NCBI GenBank assembly: GCA_023255955.1
Contig: JAGDWD010000005.1
Coordinates: 14,384 to 78,383 of the forward strand
DNA from: Desulfurococcales archaeon
GTDB lineage: Archaea; Thermoproteota; Thermoprotei_A; Sulfolobales; NBVN01
DNA: 64,000 nucleotides
Direction: 5' to 3'
Below the pieces are notes generated by a model. That model was not told the DNA's origin. It did no database searches and saw nothing but the letters and a program-made list of their open reading frames with translations. Shown piece by piece: positions 16,531 through 26,067 of this stretch (position 1 is its first letter; each line of letters opens with the position of its first letter). The translations under genes and the position numbers were made by a program.

Positions 16531-17904
16531 TTGGACCCGATGAGCTTGCTGTTAGTGGTTATTCTTTCGATCCTCTCAACACTACTCTACATATTCATAG
16601 GCATACTCCCGGGGACTGATGAGACAGCAACTATGGCTCCAATAGCCCTGACGCTACTCCTAGCTGGGATGGATCCTATGCTGGTGTTAGTGTGGTTCAT
16701 AGCGAGCATAGCGGCCTTTAAGATGGCTGATAGTATACCGGTAGCGCTTGCCGGGATACCTGGTGGTGTCATGGCAGTACCGCAGGTTCCAGATGCCTTA
16801 ATCGCTAAGGAGCATGGACTCGCAGATGTGATCTTGAGGAAGGGTATAGCTGCGAGTGTGGTAGGTCAGGTAGTAGCTATAGTTGTCTCACTAGCTCTGT
16901 CTTACTACATAATGCCAGTAGGGGACTGGCTTAGAGCTACTGACGTAGTGCTAGGTGTTAAGGTAGCTAGGTGGTTCTGGCTAGTACTCGTAGGTGTGGT
17001 GGTCCTCGCACTAACATCTAGAAACAGATTCATTGCTCTAATCTCGATTCCGGCTGTAGCCCTCGTCTTCCAGGGCCTGAGGGCTGTGTACGGGAAGAGT
17101 GTGTACATAAGCTTCTTCCTTGGTATTACAATAGGCCCGATGATGTTCGAGCTTCTATCAATGCTACACAGGGAGCTGAGGAATTCGTATGTTAGGAAAG
17201 GTCTGAAGGAGGTGAAGCTCCTAAAGGTCGAGAAGATAAGCCTCAACCCACTCAAGATACTAACGAAGGAGGAGCTTACCCACAGCACTATCTGGTCAGC
17301 AGTAACCTCAGTCCTAGCTACAGTGATGTCCCCGGTCGGCTTGACCACCCTGATCGGTGACCTCCTAAGAGAGAGTAAGAAGGACAGGGTCAGGGGAGCT
17401 GTACTAGCGTACACAGTTAGAGACGCAATAAAGAACGCGACTTACATTGGCGGTACCCTAATACCGCTCCTCGTGATAGGAGCCCCGACCGGGCCTATGG
17501 CAGCGGGCCCAGCAGCACCATTCTTCGGTAAGTACGACCACCTGGGTATGACGGCTAGGGACTTCATCGTAACACACTACGATTACCTAACCATAGTCGT
17601 AATGATCTTCATCTCCACGGCAATAGCTTTCCTAGTAGCATACCCGATACTCGTAAAGTACTCTAGAGCTTTAACCCTAGCAGTATTTAGGAGAGTACCA
17701 GCGGAGGCTCTCTACGGACTCTTCATAGCGATCGTGTTGATGCTTTCCTACTACGACGCTAAGATTGCCGGTATATTCGGGACAATCATAGTCAGCCTAG
17801 TATCTGGGGCTCTCTGGAGGTTGGGTGTGTCTCTAGGAGTGTTATTCATGGTCTTGGTATCAGCTCCGACATTAGTGCCTCTCCTAATGGCTCTACCTAT
17901 TTAA
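16531..17904 (+). CDS. tripartite tricarboxylate transporter TctA-family permease (DUF112)
   Basis: 457 aa polytopic protein with GILPGTDETATMAPIALTLL and ALAGIPGG motifs typical of TctA/DUF112. Confidence 0.75.
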   Translation: MDPMSLLLVVILSILSTLLYIFIGILPGTDETATMAPIALTLLLAGMDPMLVLVWFIASIAAFKMADSIPVALAGIPGGVMAVPQVPDALIAKEHGLADVILRKGIAASVVGQVVAIVVSLALSYYIMPVGDWLRATDVVLGVKVARWFWLVLVGVVVLALTSRNRFIALISIPAVALVFQGLRAVYGKSVYISFFLGITIGPMMFELLSMLHRELRNSYVRKGLKEVKLLKVEKISLNPLKILTKEELTHSTIWSAVTSVLATVMSPVGLTTLIGDLLRESKKDRVRGAVLAYTVRDAIKNATYIGGTLIPLLVIGAPTGPMAAGPAAPFFGKYDHLGMTARDFIVTHYDYLTIVVMIFISTAIAFLVAYPILVKYSRALTLAVFRRVPAEALYGLFIAIVLMLSYYDAKIAGIFGTIIVSLVSGALWRLGVSLGVLFMVLVSAPTLVPLLMALPI

Positions 17905-17997
17905 AAAACATTAGGTTTTCTTTATTTTATGCTCCCAGCAATAACGATTATAGTTGATCTCGTAGAAGATAAAACTATAGCTGGTTTCACCGGTCCT

Positions 17998-18375
17998 CTA
18001 CGATTCAAGTCCCTCAATTATCTCTTTAATGAGCTTATCCCTAAACTCCGAGCTCTTAATCTCCGGCAGTAGTAGTAACCTAGCAATAACCCCGAGGATC
18101 TTTTCAATGTTCTGTAACCTAAGCTCTAAGTTCTTCATGCCGGACCCTATCTCAGCTAAGTGACCCTCTAGATGGGACAGCATGTGGATAGCGCTAGCCA
18201 TAAGTGAGGTTATGTCAGCTTCCTCAACCTCTGCTTCGTGCTCGACATGTTCATGTGCATGTTCGTGGGTTTCCTCCTCCTGGTTGCTCTGGACCTCCTC
18301 CACAAGCTTCTCAATATCCTTCTCACTCTTTAGGATATCCATTCTAAGTTTCCTCCTCTCGGACAAGGACTTCAC
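17998..18375 (-). CDS. hypothetical coiled-coil protein with an acidic His-rich tract
   Basis: 125 aa containing EEETHEHAHEHVEHEAEVEE. No family recognised. Confidence 0.5.
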   Translation of the reverse strand: MKSLSERRKLRMDILKSEKDIEKLVEEVQSNQEEETHEHAHEHVEHEAEVEEADITSLMASAIHMLSHLEGHLAEIGSGMKNLELRLQNIEKILGVIARLLLLPEIKSSEFRDKLIKEIIEGLES

Positions 18376-18506
18376 CTACATAAACTGTTTTGAGGAGATA
18401 AATATCTAACTCCACACTCAGGACTAGACAGCTACTCTACTGCTCTCACATAAAACCTTAAGCATTAAATAGCCATAGATAGAGCAAAGCGTGTTGGAAC
18501 CCTAAG

Positions 18507-19742
18507 GTGATGCGCATGAAACCCGAAGAACACGTTAAGGTGGTTGAGGGTAGTCGCAGGGGGTCTCTACCTATCCTACTGATATTGTTAGGTACATACA
18601 GTCTAGCCTATTTTCACAGAACTATGACCGGCATTATGGAACCTGAGGTAGAGTCTCTATCCAGGCTCTACGGGTTCGACTCGTCATCCTACCTAGCCAT
18701 CTTATCATCAGCATACTTCTACACATACTCCTTACCGCAGTTTCTAGTTGGTTCCCTGATCGACTATTACGGGATTAGGAAGGTCTGCTCAGCTCTTCTC
18801 CTTGTAAACGCTGTTGGATCCCTCATGATGGCGTCAGTAGAGCCAGTTACTATGGTCGTGGGCCGAGCCATCATAGGCTTCTCAGTTAGCGTCGCGTTTC
18901 TCTCCTACCAGAGAGCCCTATCTCTCTACCGTAAGCAGGAGGAGCAAGCTAGGTGGTCATCTCTAGCTCTAGTAGTCGGGAGCTTCAGCGTGATTATAGC
19001 TACCTACCCACTTAGGGTGGCACTAGATCTTATCGGTCTGAGGGGAACTCTCACAGTCTTGGCCCTAGCAGCCGCGGTACTTTCTACCTCCGTCTTCGTC
19101 ACAGCTACCGACACAGTAGGTAGGAAAACGTTTCGTGAGTACCTATCAGCTACTAGAACTGGTTTAGTGAGGGTTGTTAGCGATAAGCACAGCTGGGGTG
19201 TGAGTATAGGGGTTCTAGCTACGTACGGTGTTGGACTATCATTCCAGTCTTCCTGGGGGCAGATACTCCTCTCAAGAGCTTTCAACCTCGATAAAGCTGA
19301 GGTAAGCTTCTACCTAATGCTGTACGCGCTAGTCTTTATCCCGATATCACTAGCTTCAGGCTACCTCAGCGATAAGGTTTTCAGGAGGAGGAAGCCGTTC
19401 CTCCTATCATCAGCGATCGGGATGACGATTTCCTGGATACTCCTAGCACTAGCCTCGACGTCTAGAAACCTGCTACTTATGTCTCTCTCCATAATATCAC
19501 TGGGGGTATCTCTAGGACCGCACATAGTTGCTCCCGTTATGGTGAGGGAAGCGTACGACCCCTCGATATCAGCTACCTCAGTAGCGTTCATGAACACTGT
19601 CCTATTTCTAGGGGTGGCAGTCCTCAACAGCATCCTACCACAACTTAACTACTTCGTCACACTAGAAGTTAGTGCTGTCCTAACCGCTCTCGGAATCCTA
19701 GCTGTGACCTATCTATGTAGGGAAACATATACAGGTAACTAA
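18507..19742 (+). CDS. MFS transporter
   Basis: 411 aa with ~12 predicted TM segments and a DYYGIRK-type loop-2/3 motif. Confidence 0.8.
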   Translation: MMRMKPEEHVKVVEGSRRGSLPILLILLGTYSLAYFHRTMTGIMEPEVESLSRLYGFDSSSYLAILSSAYFYTYSLPQFLVGSLIDYYGIRKVCSALLLVNAVGSLMMASVEPVTMVVGRAIIGFSVSVAFLSYQRALSLYRKQEEQARWSSLALVVGSFSVIIATYPLRVALDLIGLRGTLTVLALAAAVLSTSVFVTATDTVGRKTFREYLSATRTGLVRVVSDKHSWGVSIGVLATYGVGLSFQSSWGQILLSRAFNLDKAEVSFYLMLYALVFIPISLASGYLSDKVFRRRKPFLLSSAIGMTISWILLALASTSRNLLLMSLSIISLGVSLGPHIVAPVMVREAYDPSISATSVAFMNTVLFLGVAVLNSILPQLNYFVTLEVSAVLTALGILAVTYLCRETYTGN

Positions 19743-20443
19743 CTGCGGAGCGCGGGCTTCTTCACGATTACCTTCCCGCAAGAGCTCCAGCCGGGGATCG
19801 ATAGGAGTTCTGCCACTTTCTTCACTGACTCCACTACTCTCACCTCCTCAACGCCGGGAACCCCCGCACCTAGAACGAAGACTATGGAGGTGTCCTCCCT
19901 AATAGCTGTCTCAACACTGTCCCTATGGGGGTAGAGGTGCATGACTATGTTCGAACTATCGACTAGGATCGGGATACCCTTCGGCAGTATCTCCTGCTTA
20001 CCTCCTATAGGGTTAAACACCTCTCCCCCAGAACTCGATGTTAGGCGGTACGGTGGGGTGGACCTCCCCACGTCGTATAGACCTATCGGAACTCCCATAT
20101 ATGCTGACGCTATGTTCCCAGCATCAACAACTGTGTTAATTCTGGGGAACGAACCCCTCAGAGCTCTCCTAACTAGAGCCTCGCTAGATGGCCTAATCTT
20201 AGTTGGGTCGATACCTATCCTCCAGTAGAAGTCTCTATAGGCTCTGAAGACCGGGTCCGACTTCAGTGATTCAAGGGTGTACCGAGCTGTTAAGTACTTT
20301 ATGAGCTTCTCCACCTCACTACTAAAGTCGTAGGGACGCGGGTTATCGGTCCACACAATAGTGTAGGCAGTGAAGACACCTAGAGGTGTGAGAGATCTAT
20401 CTACCTCGAGGAGAGAGTCTAACCACCCGCAATACTCCAACAC
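19739..20443 (-). CDS. free-standing B3/B4 (PheRS-beta editing-like) tRNA-binding domain protein
   Basis: FRAYRDFYWRIGIDPTKIRPSSEALVRRALRG...INTVVDAGNIASAYMGVPIGLYD is typical of the B3_4 domain (COG3382). Confidence 0.75.
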   Translation of the reverse strand: MLEYCGWLDSLLEVDRSLTPLGVFTAYTIVWTDNPRPYDFSSEVEKLIKYLTARYTLESLKSDPVFRAYRDFYWRIGIDPTKIRPSSEALVRRALRGSFPRINTVVDAGNIASAYMGVPIGLYDVGRSTPPYRLTSSSGGEVFNPIGGKQEILPKGIPILVDSSNIVMHLYPHRDSVETAIREDTSIVFVLGAGVPGVEEVRVVESVKKVAELLSIPGWSSCGKVIVKKPALRS

Positions 20444-20542
20444 GACCCCGAAGTTAGCTTATGTCGGAAGCCCTAATATCAGCTTAGCGCGAGGAGACCT
20501 ACCAACCTTCTGGGTGATATAAGCACCTAAAATATATTATGA

Positions 20543-20603
20543 AGTGGCTGATGAGGTCCTCGATCGCTGAGGTAGTGATGAGGGCAGGGTTTAGCTGAGG
20601 AAT
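20543..20603 (+). ncRNA. C/D-box sRNA
   Basis: C box (C)TGATGA 20548-20554, 12-nt guide GGTCCTCGATCG, D' CTGA 20567-20570, spacer GGTAG, C' TGATGA 20576-20581, 13-nt guide, D CTGA 20595-20598. A TATA-like GATATAAG lies ~26 nt upstream. The element is intergenic. Confidence 0.8.
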
Positions 20604-20611
20604 CTCCGCAC

Positions 20612-21298
20612 CTACGGGATAGATATCTCCATCTTTATGTTGCCAAGTCTTACCTGACCTAAGGTAAGGTTGTTCTCTAAGACCTCACGTAACCTCAGTA
20701 ACCTCTCGACGTCTTCCTCCGTTACGGGGCCGGTCCTGTAGATCAGCAGGGTACACCCAACACCCACTATACCGCTCGCGTAGAGACCGTCCATGAACCT
20801 GAAGGCCATCTCTGAGCAGTCCCTAGCTGACGGTAGGCAGGTTCCTGGGTGGGTATGAGCTTCTAGAATAGCCTCCTTAACGTAGGGTAGGACCACCTTA
20901 CCGAAACCTCCCTCAGCTATATATACCTCACCAGTTCTCAGAACTAGGAGAACGTACTCTATACCTGTTGTGCGGGTTAGTAGAACATACTGCCTCAACT
21001 CGTCAAGAACCCTCACGGCGTACTTTCCTGCCTCCTCCAGTATCGACTCAGCATCCTCCCCGCCGAATCCGTTAACTAAGTGTACTCTAAGGCCTTTCTC
21101 CTCCAGTTCCTCCAACTCAAAGAGATTCTCCCCTATAGAGCAGTTACGGTAGTAGACGTAGACCTCGGAGTCCATGAGCTCGCCATGTGCTGTACAACCA
21201 TACTCAGCCGATATTGAGAGGAGTCCGTCTGCTAGGAGTACTAGGTTTGAGAGCTTAGTGGATTCAGGTATCCTATAGAGGTGTTCGAGTTTAGTCAA
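20612..21298 (-). CDS. JAB/MPN-like domain protein (putative metalloprotease) with an uncharacterised N-terminal domain
   Basis: The C-terminal EAHTHPGTCLPSARD resembles the JAMM HxHx7Sx2D motif, but the spacer is one residue shorter. Confidence 0.45.
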   Translation of the reverse strand: MTKLEHLYRIPESTKLSNLVLLADGLLSISAEYGCTAHGELMDSEVYVYYRNCSIGENLFELEELEEKGLRVHLVNGFGGEDAESILEEAGKYAVRVLDELRQYVLLTRTTGIEYVLLVLRTGEVYIAEGGFGKVVLPYVKEAILEAHTHPGTCLPSARDCSEMAFRFMDGLYASGIVGVGCTLLIYRTGPVTEEDVERLLRLREVLENNLTLGQVRLGNIKMEISIP

Positions 21299-21316
21299 CC
21301 CGGAGTCCTCTCAGTA

Positions 21317-22114
21317 TTAGATGGACCGTAGGAGACCGCCATCTACCGGTATTATAGCCCCGTTAACATAGGAAGCCATCGGGCTAAGTAGGAACGCTAC
21401 TACGTACCCTATCTCCTTAGGTAGCCCATACCTCCCTAGAGGTATCTCGGAAGACGTTTCCTTCAAGACCTCCTCCAAGCTCTTACCGCTCCTAGCTGCC
21501 ATATCTTTAGCTACCTGCACCGCTCTCTCTGTCAGTATCTTACCTGGGACGACAACATTTACGCGGATCCCTCTAGGACCTAGCTCCCGTGAGAGGGTCT
21601 TAGCTAGCCCGTGTACAGCCGCTCTCAGAACATTCGAGAGAGCTAGATTTGGTAGGGGCTCCTTAACGACGGAACTAGTTAGGTAAACTATCGAGCCTCT
21701 ACCGGATTTCTCTAGGAGCGGTATGGCCTTCCTACTAATCCAGATAGCACTCAGTATGAGTAGCCTCACACCATATTCCCAGTCACTGAGATTGAGTTCC
21801 GCGAACGTCCCCGGTTTAGGCGGTCCAGTTACGTAGACTAGCCCGTCTAAACCTCCTAGAGCTTCGTAAGCCCTCTCAACAAGAGCCTCCGCCTCATCTT
21901 TATTAGATATATCAGCCGGTGATCCGCGGACCTTACCTAGAGGACTTAACTCAGCTATGGCTTTCTCCACAGACTCCCTAGTCCTCCCACATATGTAGAC
22001 CTCAGCCCCCTCCTCCAGAAGAACCTCAGCAATCCCCCTACCGATACCTCTAGTTGATGCTGTTACTAGAACCTTAAACCCGTCCAGACCGAACCTCCCC
22101 ACAGTATGACACAC
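21317..22114 (-). CDS. short-chain dehydrogenase/reductase (SDR, FabG-like)
   Basis: TASTRGIGRGIA cofactor loop, an SDR-typical mid-region (catalytic-centre motif not individually identified), IRVNVVVPG. Confidence 0.85.
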   Translation of the reverse strand: MCHTVGRFGLDGFKVLVTASTRGIGRGIAEVLLEEGAEVYICGRTRESVEKAIAELSPLGKVRGSPADISNKDEAEALVERAYEALGGLDGLVYVTGPPKPGTFAELNLSDWEYGVRLLILSAIWISRKAIPLLEKSGRGSIVYLTSSVVKEPLPNLALSNVLRAAVHGLAKTLSRELGPRGIRVNVVVPGKILTERAVQVAKDMAARSGKSLEEVLKETSSEIPLGRYGLPKEIGYVVAFLLSPMASYVNGAIIPVDGGLLRSI

Positions 22115-22187
22115 CGTTAGATGCTTTACGTATACATTAATTTGCTTACTCTAACCCTACTTTAAATTTTCGGACTGAGTATTAGCT

Positions 22188-22901
22188 TTGGTAGCTATGA
22201 GGTACTTGGTTATCGTCGATAAGTTCGCCGCAAGTACTCTGAAGGCAATTAAGAAGCATGACTTAAACGCTTCAATAACTGTTGTAGCCCTCAATAAGGA
22301 GGTAGCTGAGGAGGCTAAGTCCTTCGATGCTACTGAGGTTCTTGAAGGGCTGGGAAGTCTAGATTCAGTAGACTACAAGCTCGTAGATGTAGCGACTGTC
22401 TGGCTCGAATCTGCGGAGAGGTCGTGTGAGGTTGGTAAGGAGCTGAAGAAGCGTGGTGTCCCTCTGCTGATCGCAGTAAGCTTAGATATCGATGACTTCC
22501 GCAACTACCGTGAATGTGGCTTCAACTTCCTAGTACCCGCAGCTCTCCTCATTGAGGGAGCTCTAGGATCTATCTTAGGGTTCGATACGTGGGTCACCAT
22601 CCCGGTTCACACATTCATAAACATGCATGTGAGGGTTTACAGGGTCTTTAGGAGGGCTAGGCTGGGGATATCACTACAGGAGCTTATTAACGGGGTCGGA
22701 GGTAGGTCCTTCATAGCTGTATTTGATAGGGAAGGTTACTACGTTAGCTCGAGAGACTATAAGCTCACTGAAGGTGACCTCATCGTTGTTGCTGCTCCCA
22801 CGGAGGAGGAAGCTCACAGAGCTGTGGAGAGGTTGAACAAGCTTTTTATGCTTGCTGAAAGGGTATATTCAGCTCTAGAGTCCAGAAGACCTCCAGGGTA
22901 G
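22188..22901 (+). CDS. RCK/TrkA-C-like domain protein
   Basis: The C-terminal KLTEGDLIVVAAPTEEEAHRAVERL resembles TrkA-C. It lies immediately upstream of the MscS gene. The start could be ATG 22197. Confidence 0.45.
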   Translation: MVAMRYLVIVDKFAASTLKAIKKHDLNASITVVALNKEVAEEAKSFDATEVLEGLGSLDSVDYKLVDVATVWLESAERSCEVGKELKKRGVPLLIAVSLDIDDFRNYRECGFNFLVPAALLIEGALGSILGFDTWVTIPVHTFINMHVRVYRVFRRARLGISLQELINGVGGRSFIAVFDREGYYVSSRDYKLTEGDLIVVAAPTEEEAHRAVERLNKLFMLAERVYSALESRRPPG

Positions 22902-22912
22902 GTGGTCAGGTC

Positions 22913-23677
22913 ATGGTGTCCTGGTACGAGATGTTGATGAGCTGGGCCAGCATCTACATACCCCGCGTACTTCAAGCAGCTATAGTAGTCCTAGTTGCCT
23001 ACTTACTGGTTAAGTACCTAGATAAGGTAGTTTCCCTATTCATAAAGACCGAGGAGCACGAGTTTATCGATAGGTTCATCATGTTTCTTAAGGGTACCAT
23101 ATACTCCATAGCAGTACTCATGGCGATAAGCTTTATTGCTGTAGAGCCCCAAGTGTTCATAGCTCTACTGCTGACCGTAGGGGTCGGTATAATAATCATG
23201 TTCTCGGACGTCCTGAGGAACGTAGGCTCCGAGCTCTATGTAAGGAACCTCAGGATGTTTAGGGAAGGCGACTGGGTGGAGATCGACGGAATTCAGGGGA
23301 GGGTTGCGAGGCTGACGTCGATGGGGGTAATTTTGGAGACATTAAGAAGGGAGAGAGTCTTCGTACCGTACACTCGCATCGCCCACACAACTGTGGTTAA
23401 TAGGATGAGTACCTACGGGCTGTCATTCCGTGTTGTGGTGCGGATACCGAAAACCTATGATGCAACTAAAGCACGTGAGCTCGTGGTGTCCTCCCTGCAG
23501 AGGGTTAGGGAAGACTTAGTAGCAGAACCTTCCGTGGTTCTTAGATCGATCACAGAGACATCATACGTGTTCGACATCACCTTGGATGTGATGAATGTCG
23601 GTAAAGCTGAGAAGGTCTTCAGCGACCTACTCCTGGAGCTGAAGACGAGGGAGCCTAACGCTGACATAGAGTTCTAG
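22913..23677 (+). CDS. small-conductance mechanosensitive channel (MscS family)
   Basis: Three N-terminal TM helices, then FREGDWVEIDGIQGRVARLTSMGVILETLRRERVFVPYTRI (MscS beta domain). Confidence 0.85.
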   Translation: MVSWYEMLMSWASIYIPRVLQAAIVVLVAYLLVKYLDKVVSLFIKTEEHEFIDRFIMFLKGTIYSIAVLMAISFIAVEPQVFIALLLTVGVGIIIMFSDVLRNVGSELYVRNLRMFREGDWVEIDGIQGRVARLTSMGVILETLRRERVFVPYTRIAHTTVVNRMSTYGLSFRVVVRIPKTYDATKARELVVSSLQRVREDLVAEPSVVLRSITETSYVFDITLDVMNVGKAEKVFSDLLLELKTREPNADIEF

Positions 23678-23698
23678 CCATCAACGGTGCTGGGCTAG

Positions 23699-24913
23699 TT
23701 GTCCGATAAGGAAGTATCTAGGCTACTCAAGATTTGGAGGGCTGAGGTCTCAACTCTAAATCTCTCAACTAGTATATCCCTGACTATGGCTCAGCCATAC
23801 GCTATCAAGCTACTGGACTTCGATCTCCAACTACTTGGCACGATGGTCTTGTTGCAGCTGGGGATGGCCGGAGTTGGGTATGTTTTCGGTTCAATACTCC
23901 TATCTCTATTTAGGTCGAGGAGGATAATATTCTGGAAGCTTTTCGGGACTCTGCATAGGTGTCTATGGGCTCTCGCAGGATTTACCCACTTCCTTCCGAA
24001 GGAGTATGGAGCAAGCTTCTTCCTAACGTCAGTAGCAGTAGCTCAGTTCTCAGGTTCCCTCGCTGGGATAGCATCAGGTGATGTGGGGGCGGACATAGTC
24101 AGCAAGGAGAGAGCACTGAAGTTCTACAGCTCTTTAAACTCTCTGGGTCTAGCCTCAAACAGTGCGGGGCTCATCATAACTACAGCAATATTCAGCTTCC
24201 TACCCTCAAATGAAGGCTATCTAGTAGCTTACACTCTCTCAATGTCGTCAGCAGTAGCTTCCTCGGTTTTCCTCAATCTTCTCAGGGACCCGAACCCTCC
24301 TTCTAAGGGTTCAGTTAGCGACGTACTGAGAGGGTTTAATGATTCCCTCAAGGATCAGGACAGCAACTCGTATATAATCACCGTAACTCTCTTCACCCTT
24401 GCTGTGAACCTGCCGGGAGCTTTATGGAACTACTACCTGCTGACAGTCATAAAGGGTGCTGAGACCTGGGTGACACTGAAAGCTATAGCAGCAAACATTA
24501 GTCAGTCAATAGGGTTCAGGGTCTGGGGAAGGATATCCAGGAAGCTGGGACTGAAGAGAACCCTATACGTCAGTATAGCCCTTACCTCGCCCATACCAGC
24601 AGTATTTACTTTTCTCTACACCCTCGAAGGTCAGGTAGCCTTGGAGATGTACTCAGGGTTTGTTTGGGCAGGCTATAACCTAGCCAACAACATATACACC
24701 CTCTACCTACCTAAGAGAACTACTAGAGTATACTTCATAGCCGTGATAAACGCTACATCCAACGTCATCGCCTCAGCTACCTCAAGACTAGGAGCTCAGA
24801 TAGCATCCATTAGCCTAGGCGCTATGAACGCTGTCTTCTACTCGTCAACAGCTGGTAGGCTCCTACTGTCCTTAATAGCCAAGAGAAAAGCACCTGAACT
24901 TCTAGTCAGCTAG
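23699..24913 (+). CDS. MFS-like polytopic membrane transporter
   Basis: 404 aa with ~12 hydrophobic segments. TTG start. Confidence 0.6.
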   Translation: MSDKEVSRLLKIWRAEVSTLNLSTSISLTMAQPYAIKLLDFDLQLLGTMVLLQLGMAGVGYVFGSILLSLFRSRRIIFWKLFGTLHRCLWALAGFTHFLPKEYGASFFLTSVAVAQFSGSLAGIASGDVGADIVSKERALKFYSSLNSLGLASNSAGLIITTAIFSFLPSNEGYLVAYTLSMSSAVASSVFLNLLRDPNPPSKGSVSDVLRGFNDSLKDQDSNSYIITVTLFTLAVNLPGALWNYYLLTVIKGAETWVTLKAIAANISQSIGFRVWGRISRKLGLKRTLYVSIALTSPIPAVFTFLYTLEGQVALEMYSGFVWAGYNLANNIYTLYLPKRTTRVYFIAVINATSNVIASATSRLGAQIASISLGAMNAVFYSSTAGRLLLSLIAKRKAPELLVS

Positions 24914-24943
24914 GGTAGGGCACATCTTTATACGGTGCCCCCG

Positions 24944-25972
24944 CTATGTCAGGGTAGACCTCAGAACTCTCGATATGTTCCCGTAGGCTACCTTCTCGAG
25001 TTCCCCATCGGTGAAACCCTTCTCCGCTAATCTCCCCAACAACACCTGAACCTTCTCTATGGACTCAAACCCCTCCGGTACCGGTAGACCGAGGAGACCC
25101 AGGAAGTCCGTACCTATAGCTAGGAGGTCTGCACCGAAGTTTTCACGTACGTAGGTGAAGTGTTCGACCAGGTCGTCCAGGGATGGTCTAGGCTTACTAG
25201 ATATTAGTGGGCCTATAGCAGAAAGCCCTATAATCCCTCCCTTCCTCCTTAAAGCATCAAGAACTTCGTCATCTACGTTCCTAGCCCTATCCACTAGCCT
25301 CCTCACATTCGCGTGGCTCACGATGACGGGCTTCGAGCTTACCTCGATAGCTTCAAGTGCTGTCTTCTTACTGGCGTGAGCTACGTCGATAACTATCCCC
25401 AGCTTATTAGCTACCCTAATCAGTTCCTCACCCTCCGATGTGAGGCCCGTATCCTTCCTTGATGAGCAGCCAGACCCGTACTTATTGGTGTAGTTCCATG
25501 TGAGGCCTAAGCTCCTGAGACCAAGCTTTTTAAGTATGGTGAGGTCGTAGGGCTCGTCAATAGCTTCAGCACCCTCTAGGTGTAGCAGGAAGCAGAGTCC
25601 GTCACCCTTAACACATGACTCGAAGTCTTCGTAGGCCTCAACTATTTTTATCCCATAGAACTCGGAGAGTTTGTAGTATATGGATATGTGCTCCCATAAA
25701 ATAGCCTGGGGAACCCTGAAACCGACAGACGGGATCCACCTACCGTACAACTCTTCCAGGGTCTTAGACTCCACAGGTCTGAACGTCTCCACACCGGGGA
25801 ATATCGATGCGAATACTACGCGCACACCACCCTTCCGGTACTTAGGTATGTCCGCCTCCCTACCTGGGATATCCCTGGAGAAGTCCCCGAGAGCAGCTCC
25901 ACCACCATGATAGAAGAAGTAGCCTGATACATCCTGGTGGAGGTCCACAACGGGAAATTTCCTTTGTGACAC
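24944..25972 (-). CDS. membrane (renal-type) dipeptidase, peptidase family M19
   Basis: VVDLHQD metal-binding N-terminal motif, HLEGAEAI, DVAHAS, SHANVRRL, GTDF. Confidence 0.85.
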   Translation of the reverse strand: MSQRKFPVVDLHQDVSGYFFYHGGGAALGDFSRDIPGREADIPKYRKGGVRVVFASIFPGVETFRPVESKTLEELYGRWIPSVGFRVPQAILWEHISIYYKLSEFYGIKIVEAYEDFESCVKGDGLCFLLHLEGAEAIDEPYDLTILKKLGLRSLGLTWNYTNKYGSGCSSRKDTGLTSEGEELIRVANKLGIVIDVAHASKKTALEAIEVSSKPVIVSHANVRRLVDRARNVDDEVLDALRRKGGIIGLSAIGPLISSKPRPSLDDLVEHFTYVRENFGADLLAIGTDFLGLLGLPVPEGFESIEKVQVLLGRLAEKGFTDGELEKVAYGNISRVLRSTLT

Positions 25973-26067
25973 TAGAGTACCCCCAGATAGTCAGTAGGTG
26001 AGCTAAATATTCGGGGATCTACAGAAGGTGTTTTAGACATGCTACAACTACTTTCTCGGTATCTCAG

